From positions 2,542,001 to 2,606,000 of the forward strand of contig NC_052158.1 of the NCBI RefSeq assembly GCF_902713615.1: a DNA stretch of 64,000 nucleotides, given 5' to 3'. A program made the translations under genes and the position numbers. The notes beneath the pieces are model-generated. The model made no database searches, was not told the DNA's origin, and saw only the letters and a list, made by a program, of their open reading frames with translations. Positions within the stretch are counted from its first letter, which is position 1, and each line of letters opens with the position of its first letter. Shown piece by piece: positions 47,740-55,914 of the stretch. This DNA comes from Scyliorhinus canicula (Eukaryota).

Positions 47740-48100
47740 TGTCCTTTATATCGGCTGAGAGCGGCCGAGTGGCGGCGCCCGGAGGCTGATTGACGGCGGC
47801 ACGGACCAATGGGGGCGGGGGAGGTGACGTCCCGCGGAATGTTCGGAAGCGGCGGCCAATGAGAGCGCGGGGCGGTGATGTCACCGCGGAATGTTGGCCA
47901 ATGAGAGCGCGGGGCGGTGATGTCACCGCGGAATGTTGGCCAATGAGAGCGCGGCGGGCGGGCGGCAGGCGGAGAGTTGGAGAGTTTTGTGGAAGGTTCG
48001 AGTCCCGGGAAGAAAGTTGTGGAAAGTTGCGGGAGGCGGGGACGGGAATGGACTGTGAGCAGCGGGAAGCGGCTGGAAGCGGGAAGGAGGAGCGGAGCAA
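47740..48100 (-). promoter_or_regulatory. Promoter of HSP70 paralog 3 with HSE-like elements and a tandem 42-bp module
   Basis: TATAAA; CCAAT at 47806, 47856, 47898 and 47940; gGAAtgTTCg at 47836-47845; gGAAggTTCg and GAAagTTGtgGAAagTTG at about 47990-48030. Confidence 0.85.
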
Positions 48101-48428
48101 AGGGGGCATTGTTGGTCAGCGCCGGCCAGGGTGATGCCAACCCTCCCGGACTGGCCGGGAGTCTCCCGGAATTGGGGAGAGATCTTGGGAGCAAATCCTG
48201 GAGAGGGGGAAGGAAACATGGAGCATTTAACAAGTTGATCTTTTTCATCACTTAACACATTCCAAATTTCTTTCTCAATTTTTGTTTTTAAGAATCCCTC
48301 TGTGCAGGAGGCCATTCAGCCCCAATTCTTTACTCCCCCAAGTCCCAATATGTCTGCGCCAATTGGATTAAACTCAGCTATTTAAGTGTAGTAAGGCAAA
48401 ATGTTTTTCTCTGCATACACACACAGAA

Positions 48429-48510
48429 AGAAGTCTTACAACATCAGGTTAAAGTCCAACAAGTGTGTTTCAAACACTGGCTTTCGGAGGACTGCTCCTT
48501 CCTCCGGTGA
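48429..48510 (-). mobile_element. Solo Penelope pseudo-LTR terminus (same family as 6141-6222; hammerhead-like motif degenerate)
   Basis: aagaagtcttacaacatcaggttaaagtccaac...ctttcggaggactgctccttcctccggtga. Confidence 0.8.
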
Positions 48511-50195
48511 TGTTTCCTCAGCAATTGCTGTGCATTTCTCAACCGGGGGACTGCCCGGTTTGGAGCAACGGAGGGGGGGGGGGGGGTGGAATGAGTTCCC
48601 CAGCACATCTTCGGGGCACCCCCAGTTATGCTGTCCCTAATCGCAGCTGTTATATGTATGGTAATTGTGTTATGGTAAAGGTAAAGCCGCTATAGTCCCA
48701 GATGACCAGAGGCTTCTTTCCCCCTTGAGGGGGGAGAGCTGACTGGTGGTGATTTAACCTGAGGATCACCACACCTCAGGAGAGGGGCAAGGTTGAGAAG
48801 GCTGGGCCGTCATGAATAACCTCGGCCGGTACGGGTTTTGAACCCACGCTGCTGGCATCTCTGCATCATAAACCAGCTGTCCAGCCAACACACATGCATC
48901 TCACTCAGCTAGAAATGTTATCTCTGCATATTTATCCATTCATATCAATAATTACACATAGGATTGAAAACTTTGAAATCAAACGAAGGTTTTATTCAAG
49001 TCGAAATGACTTGCTTCCCATTTACATATTGTAATAGTTTGAACAGGGAGACGACTTGCGGTCAATCAAAGTTCCCTTACCAGCCTCCCCGGACAGGCGC
49101 CGGAATGTGGCGACTAGGGGCTTTTCACAGTAACTTCATTGACGCCTACTCGTGACAATAAGCGATTTTCATTTCATTTCAAGTTGCAGACATAATCAGG
49201 TCCACAAATGGAGGCTAACATGTTTACTCAGCACCCAGCACAGGTTATATTGGGCCTGTGTTGTTCCTCGTGTCTTAATAAAGCTCGCAGTCTCAAGTGT
49301 GGAGAAGATGCTTTATTGTGGGTTCGTTCAGTTTCCAGAGCTCGACCTAGAACTACCTTCCAGTGCTAACTACCAGCTTTGCTTGCTGTGTGTCCTGCTT
49401 ACCAGCCCCCCTGCTGTGAAGAGTGTGTCCTCACTTCCTGTCCTGATCTATTTATATGGCTCTCCCGTGCTCCCTCTAGTGGTCGCTCAGTTGTGTTGCA
49501 CCTGGTTAACTTGTGATCACCACATCCCCCTTTTTCTCTTAACATATTTTCTGAACATCGTTAAAGAAAATTGTACATCCTGTCCCAGTGTATTTATAGC
49601 TCTCCCGCTCGTGTTTGCTCTGTTGTTTTTGTATCTGGTCAATCTACGATCACCACATCCCCCTCTTTCTCATTACATAGTTTCTGTACATCATTAAGGA
49701 AAATTATACAAAACAGTAACTTATGATATGCGTATCTATACAAGTGATGATGCTATTGCCTTGGTTAACAAAGCCAATGTATTTATATGTCCAAACTTAA
49801 TAAACACATTTATGAGTCCAAACTTGATGAATTTGTTCAGAGCTTTTTCTTTTTTTCTTTTTGTTGTTGATGACGTGGTGATATTGATATTGCAAGTCCG
49901 CTGTGAATGTTGTTGGTGTTCCTTGTTATCTTAAGTACCCAATGCGTCATCCCGAGGTGTTTGCATGGTCACATCACTGATGTTGACTGGCATGGACTTT
50001 TTTTTGTGCTTGTGGTGTTGATTTATTGTCTCATCCGCCTTGGATGCTGGTGTGCTTGCTTGTTCTGGAGCAGACGTGAGTTTGTGCGATTCGTTGTCAT
50101 CCCATGACATGTTTGTAGTCTTGTTATCGTTTTGCAGTGTGCTGTGGCATCGTCCATCATGTGCCAAGTAGTACCATTGTGTACAAGTCGTTGTT

Positions 50196-52100
50196 TCATT
50201 GCTGTTGTTTCTGTCGTTCCTGTTTTTTGTTGTTTCCGTTGCCGTACTTGTCGCTGTTTTTGTCGTTTCCGTCTTTGTTGTTGTCGCTATCTTTGCTCCT
50301 GACTTTGTTGTGTTTGTTGCCCTTCTTGTTGTTTCTGCCTCTGTCGTTGTCGCTATCTTTGTGCCTGACGTTGTTGTTTGTCTTGTTGCGCTTCATGTTG
50401 CTTTTATTCTTGCTGTTGTCGTTCTCGTTTCTGCTGTGCTTCTTGCTATTGTTGTTTGTCTTGTCGCGCTTCATGTTGCTTTTCTTCTTGCTGTTGTCGT
50501 TCTCGTTTCTGCTGTGCTTCTTGCTATTGTTGTTGGTCTTGTCGCGCTTCATGGTGTTTTTGTTCTTGCTGTGTTTCTTTTGACTTTTGTTTTTCTTGTT
50601 ATACTCTATGAGTGTCCCGAGTGGATAATTTGAGTCATTGAGCATTCCGTCTCGCGAGTGGTGCGAATGATCTGATGTTGCATCGGTGCAGGTGACATCA
50701 ATCAGTTGTGGAGAATTGGATTCCGCATCTTTGCTTTCTTGGTGCTCGTCTTCCGGAGTCAAAGTCTTCTTGATTACATTTGACGCGGTGTCTGTGGACT
50801 CTCGGCGCTCCTCTTCTGGAGTCCAAATCTGCATGATTTCAGTTGACGTGGTTTCTCTAGACTCTTGGTGCTCCGCTTCTGGAGTTAAAATCTTCATGAT
50901 TTCTGTTGATGTTATCTCACTGGACTCCAGGTGCTCCTCTTCTGGAGTCAAAATCTGCATGGTTTCTTTTTGTTTGATGTCTCTGGACTCCAGGTGCTCC
51001 TCTTCTGGAGTCAGAATCTGCATGGTTTCTTTCGGCATTGTCTGTGTGGACTCCAGGTGCTCCTCTTCTGGAGTCAAAATCTGCATGTTTTCTTTTGGCG
51101 TTGTCTCTCTGGGCTCCAGGTGCTCCTCTTCTGGAGTCAAAATCTGCATGTTTTCTTTCGGCATCGTCTCTCTGGACTGTTGGGTGGCCCGACTCTGTGC
51201 TTCTGTACAGACAAGCTGAGAACTGTCAGTCTCACTGTGATCCTGTACGTCGAGTGCGAGCACCTTGTTACTGTTTTCACTCTGTGCGTCGGTACAGACA
51301 AGCTGAGAACTGTCAGTCTCACTGTGATCCTGTACGTTGAGTGTGATCACCTTGTCACTGTCTTCGCATGCAGTGGGCAGAGGTGCATTGTCTTCTTCTT
51401 GTTCCTGTGAGCGTGTTGGACTTTCATAGTCCGCTCTTTCTTCTTGTTCCTGTGAGCTTGGTAGACTTTCATAGTCTGCTTGCGGTTGCTCAGGTACAGC
51501 GGGTTTACCTTCATGGTCTTGTTCATGCTTGGTGTCCGCCCGGGAGTGTTTGCTTGCATCCCTGTTGGCGTCTTTCATCACTCGCACTGTGGAGCCTGTC
51601 ATCGCTCGCTCCGTGGAGTCTTCCTGTGCTCTCTGTGTGGCGTCGTCTTCGTCTTGGGTATTGCTGTCATCCAATGTATCGACGAGCTGCCATGGCACCA
51701 TGGTGTTGGATTCATCCACCATGAGTAGAGTCGTGTTGAGCTTTGCAACGGTGTCGCTGATGCTGTGATCAGCATGTCCAAATAACTCCTCCATGTCTGA
51801 GTAGTATTCTTTGAAACCCATTTCATCTTCGTTGGCTTCTTCTACCACGAGTTGATTCGTGTTGAACTTTGCGACCGTGTCGCTGATGCTGTGATAAGCA
51901 TATCCGACTGACTCAGCTGTGTCTGAGTAGTATTCTCCGAAAACCAAATCATCCTGGTTGGATTCTTCTACCACGAGTTGATTCGTGTTGAACTTTGCGA
52001 CCGTGTCGCTGATGCTGTGATAAGCATATCCGACTGACTCAGCCATGTCTGAGTAGTATTCTTTGAAAACCAAATCATCTTGGTTGGATTCATCTACCAC
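50196..52100 (-). CDS. 634-codon open frame of tandem-repeat, acidic then Asn/Lys-rich protein in the LTR element (function unknown)
   Basis: Stop-free for 1.9 kb and built from 126-, 45-, 87-, 63- and 78-bp repeats. It appears to continue gag through frameshifts. Confidence 0.5.
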   Translation of the reverse strand: MVDESNQDDLVFKEYYSDMAESVGYAYHSISDTVAKFNTNQLVVEESNQDDLVFGEYYSDTAESVGYAYHSISDTVAKFNTNQLVVEEANEDEMGFKEYYSDMEELFGHADHSISDTVAKLNTTLLMVDESNTMVPWQLVDTLDDSNTQDEDDATQRAQEDSTERAMTGSTVRVMKDANRDASKHSRADTKHEQDHEGKPAVPEQPQADYESLPSSQEQEERADYESPTRSQEQEEDNAPLPTACEDSDKVITLNVQDHSETDSSQLVCTDAQSENSNKVLALDVQDHSETDSSQLVCTEAQSRATQQSRETMPKENMQILTPEEEHLEPRETTPKENMQILTPEEEHLESTQTMPKETMQILTPEEEHLESRDIKQKETMQILTPEEEHLESSEITSTEIMKILTPEAEHQESRETTSTEIMQIWTPEEERRESTDTASNVIKKTLTPEDEHQESKDAESNSPQLIDVTCTDATSDHSHHSRDGMLNDSNYPLGTLIEYNKKNKSQKKHSKNKNTMKRDKTNNNSKKHSRNENDNSKKKSNMKRDKTNNNSKKHSRNENDNSKNKSNMKRNKTNNNVRHKDSDNDRGRNNKKGNKHNKVRSKDSDNNKDGNDKNSDKYGNGNNKKQERQKQQQ

Positions 52101-52426
52101 GAGTTGGTTCGTGTTGTGCTTTCGACCGTGTCGCTGATGCTGTGATAAGCATATCCGACTGACCCAGTCAGGTCTGAGAGGTAATCGTCGAAAAACAAAT
52201 CATCTTTTGTTGTTTCGGAATTCTTTTTGTTCGCTTCACTGTGTGTGGTGAAGGCAGCTTTTTCCAAGGTTTTGTGCAAGTTGTTTTTAACTGTTGGTTT
52301 AAGTTCAGGCGTTTTTTGTGTTCTGAGGCAAGAAAATTTGGTTTTACCACTTTAAGTGTCTTGTTTTCAATTTTCGGGCATTTCCCTTTTAAGTGGGCGT
52401 GGTCAGGATTCTCAGACGTCATGACG

Positions 52427-53281
52427 TCACGCGTAGGAACGACTTGCACATGCGCAAATCGGCTTTCTTTCCTTGTGCGGTTCGGTGTCCATTGCGCATG
52501 CGCGGCTTGCGCATGCGCATGACGGTCCGCGACGAAGACTTTTTTTTGACTGCGCATGCGCGGCTTGCGCATGCGCATAACGACCCGCGACGCGATCTTT
52601 TGTAAACTGCGCATGCGCGACTTCCGGTCCCGGCGCATGCGCGACTTCCGGTTCCGGCGCATGCGCAACTTCCGGTTCCGGCGCATGCACAGACGCGATT
52701 TGTAGTTCTTTGCTTACCATAGACTGCAAAATGTGCTCCGACGCCATTTTATCGCGGATTTCAGCGTTTTTTCTTTCTAAAAGTTGTAAGTTACCTTTTC
52801 TTTCCGATCTGGACTGGATTTCAGCGTTTTGGCTTTGTGAAAAATTCATGTTATTTCTTCTTTTTGATCTGTACTGTGCATTCGCGATTTCCTGATCTTT
52901 TTGTGATTTTTTAAGTCTTGCATCACTCAGTCTCTGTGCAGGTTGGACTGTGAGCATGCCTTGCTGTTCAAATTTCTCACAGTACTCTTCAAATTTGTTT
53001 AGTAACGTTTGTAAGCTGTTCCTGTATTCACCTTTTGAGTGTTTAAATCCATTATACACTTTCCTATTGACAGGCCCTTCGATGAGAATTGCTATTTTAA
53101 TTTTGTCTGAGGCTTCTGCAACATCATTAGCTATGAGATAAAAATCGAACATTTGTTTAAACCTTTTCCAGACATTTCTTACATTACCAGTCGTGTCCAG
53201 CTGAGGTGGGTATCCATGCCACATCCTCGAATTAGCGATGTCTTCCCCAGTCAAATGTCCAGTAGGAGATTTCCATGCCAT
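52427..53281 (-). CDS. Gag-like ORF of the LTR element (frameshifted downstream)
   Basis: Starts just after the PBS. PPQLDTTGNVRNVWKRFKQMFDFYLIA...KIAIL...LLNKFEEYC resembles the Gypsy/Mag Gag N-terminus. Confidence 0.7.
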   Translation of the reverse strand: MAWKSPTGHLTGEDIANSRMWHGYPPQLDTTGNVRNVWKRFKQMFDFYLIANDVAEASDKIKIAILIEGPVNRKVYNGFKHSKGEYRNSLQTLLNKFEEYCEKFEQQGMLTVQPAQRLSDARLKKSQKDQEIANAQYRSKRRNNMNFSQSQNAEIQSRSERKGNLQLLERKNAEIRDKMASEHILQSMVSKELQIASVHAPEPEVAHAPEPEVAHAPGPEVAHAQFTKDRVAGRYAHAQAAHAQSKKSLRRGPSCACASRACAMDTEPHKERKPICACASRSYA

Positions 53282-54309
53282 TTTGTGCTTTCTGTATCTG
53301 CAGCTGAGTTGTCCTGTCGTAAGCGTCCTGAAATCACTGCTGGTACCATGTGTTGTTCCTCGTGTCTTAATAAAGCTCGCAGTCTCAAGTGTGGAGAAGA
53401 TGCTTTATTGTGGGTTCGTTCAGTTTCCAGAGCTCGACCTAGAACTACCTTCCAGTGCTAACTACCAGCTTTGCTTGCTGTGTGTCCTGCTTACCAGCCC
53501 CCCTGCTGTGAAGAGTGTGTCCTCACTTCCTGTCCTGATCTATTTATATGGCTCTCCCGTGCTCCCTCTAGTGGTCGCTCAGTTGTGTTGCATCTGGTTA
53601 ACTTGTGATCACCACATCCCCCTTTTTCTCTTAACATATTTTCTGAACATCGTTAAAGAAAATTGTACATCCTGTCCCAGTGTATTTATAGCTCTCCCGC
53701 TCGTGTTTGCTCTGTTGTTTTTGTATCTGGTCAATCTACGATCACCACAGGGCCCAGTGTTAATTTGCTGATGTAGCTCAGGGTGAGCGTCAGTGTGTGT
53801 GACACCACTCAATGTCTGTGTGTATGTACATTATGTATTTACGTATATCCTGTTTTTTTTATGCATGGAACAATCTATCTGGACTGTATGCAGAACAATG
53901 CTTTTCACTGTACCTCTGTACACATGACAATAAATCATATCCAATCCAAACCCAAAATGTGAATGCAGACAGCATAACCTACAAGGTACAGTCGAACATT
54001 GTGAAGGCCGTTCTGCTCGCCTGCTGCTGACACCAAGCACTGACACCCCAATACAGAACAGGAATTAGCCTCTGTAAATCTGGCCCACTCAACAGACTGC
54101 GCCCATTCCCTGCTAACCGGATCACTGTCAACTTCATTTCAGAATTACTTGAAACAAAATGGAATCAATTATCGACTAAGGTTAGAAATCAGGACAAGCG
54201 AAAAGCAGAAAGGATAGGATTTCTCATGTCTGCTATAACAACCCTAACATTTAAAAAAAGGTGTCAGGAAACTGAGGTCTTTGGCGAATAGAAGAACTGG
54301 AATGTAGTT

Positions 54310-54713
54310 CCGGGGTGGGCAGTCCGGGAGCCATGTGCGGCCCATGAGACACTTTGTTGGTTGACCCTTTCCCACGTAAAGGGGCACCATTCCGCCGATT
54401 CCTGACCACGTAGCTTTTCTCTCACCGTTGTGAAGAGATTCGCACGTAAAACAAGGGCAAGTGAAGTGAGGCGTGTGCTAATCGCACACAACATTGACTG
54501 TGAGAGCCGTGCGCTCCCTCTGCATCTTTTGTTTGAAGTTGATGGACAGTTCCATTAATATATAAACGATTATGCATTTTCTCCAACTTGTTCTCAAATA
54601 TGCAACATGTATTCAATCTTATACACAGAGTCTGGTTAGAGAACAAGCCTGATTTGAACCTTGCGGCCCACCCAATTAGAGGGCCACTCATTAGCCTAGG
54701 TTGCCCATCACTG
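54310..54713. mobile_element. hAT-type non-autonomous element
   Basis: Right end ggttgcccatcactg with subterminal gcggccc motifs; degenerate left end ggggtgggcag...tgcggccc. Confidence 0.55.
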
Positions 54714-55029
54714 ATATGGTACCATTGGTAATCTCAGGATGCCCAAACATGTTTTACAGACAGTGAAGTGCCAGTCATTGCTGTAATTTGGGGAGCAGAA
54801 GCTATTTTGTACACAGCTCCCAAGTGATGCACAAATGACTGATCATCCTGTTTTTTAGTGCTGGTCATTGTGAATTATCTATTGGCCAGTGTTTCGGGAG
54901 GAACCCCCCCTCCTGGGTTTGAAATGACTGCTGTGGGATCTTTCCTGCCGAGTTGAGAAGGCGGATGGACACTCCAGTCAATGTCTGGGCTGAAAGCTGA
55001 ACGATCAGACTGTGCAGCACTTCCTCAGT

Positions 55030-55598
55030 GCGGCTGAGTGGGCGGCGCCCGGAGGCTGATTGACGGCGGCGCGGACCAATGAGGGCGCGCAATGAGGATG
55101 ATGACACCTCGGAATATTGGCCAATGAGAGCGCGGGGCGGTGATGTCACTGTGGAATGTTAGCCAATGAGAGCGCGAGGCTGTGATGTCACCGCGGAATG
55201 TTGGCCAATGAGAGCGCGGGGCGGTGATGTCACCGCGGAATGTTGGCCAATGAGAGCGCGGGGCGGTGATGTCACCGCGGAATGTTGGCCAATGAGAGCG
55301 CGGCGGGCGGGCGGCAGGCGGAGAGTTGGAGAGTTTTGTGGAAGGTTCGAGTCCCGGGAAGAAAGTTGTGGAAAGTTGCGGGAGGCGGGGACGGGAATGG
55401 ACTGTGAGCAGCGGGAAGCGGCTGGAGGCGGGAAGGAGGAGCGGAGCAAAGAGAACATTGTTGGTCAGCGCCAGCCAGGGTGATGCCAACCCTCCCGGAC
55501 TGGCCGGGAGTCTCCCGGAATTGGGAACAGATCTTGGGAGCAAATCCTGGAGAGGGGGAAGGAAACATGGAGCATTGAACAAGTTGATCTTTTTCATC
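55030..55598 (-). promoter_or_regulatory. Orphan duplicate of the HSP70-3 upstream promoter (no TATA box, no adjacent HSP70 CDS)
   Basis: Near-identical to about 47760-48250, with more 42-bp units. It abuts an old SINE instead of a gene. Confidence 0.85.
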
Positions 55599-55914
55599 TT
55601 TCAACACAACACCTTTGTTATAAAGTGATTGCATTTGGGGCCAAAGGGTATTTTGCTGCCAGTGATGAATAATTTCCATTTGCAAGATGATGGGCCCTGA
55701 GAATTGAAATGCTGTGTGACAGAGTGTGGGAGTGGGGTTCATAGGGGACAGGACATCTTGGATTAAAATTTGCAGCAATATATCTGTACGGAGTTGGCAA
55801 TTCCAGCTGCCAACACCTCGATGCCCCCCTGGCAACTGTATGAGACGGTGCCAGGCTGGTCATAATTTTGGTGTCAAACTTCGGGCCGAGATGATCCTCT
55901 GACACCTCTGTGTG

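Larger units (their letters stand above)
49257..53749 (-). mobile_element. Young non-autonomous Gypsy-derived LTR element (401-bp LTRs 49257-49657 and 53349-53749)
   Basis: The LTRs differ at only one position I could see. Perfect 5-bp TSD GGGCC. PBS TGGTACCAGCAGTG (tRNA-Leu(UAA)-like) at 53348-53335. PPT at 49658-49670. No RT, RNase H or integrase motifs. Confidence 0.93.

Noticed and set aside
50196-52100. 634-aa ORF as a host gene
   Set aside because: It lies wholly between paired LTRs with TSD, PBS and PPT, so it is treated as element cargo.
47855-55310. 42-bp and 25-bp tandem repeats as a CRISPR-like array
   Set aside because: Head-to-tail units with no unique spacers, eukaryotic context, no cas genes.
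47855-55900. SNORD48/SNORD52 (SNHG32), expected next to the HSP70 cluster by human synteny; tgatgtcaccgcgg resembles part of SNORD48
   Set aside because: No properly placed C/D boxes or terminal stem were found by eye, and the match is part of the promoter repeat. An Infernal search would settle it.
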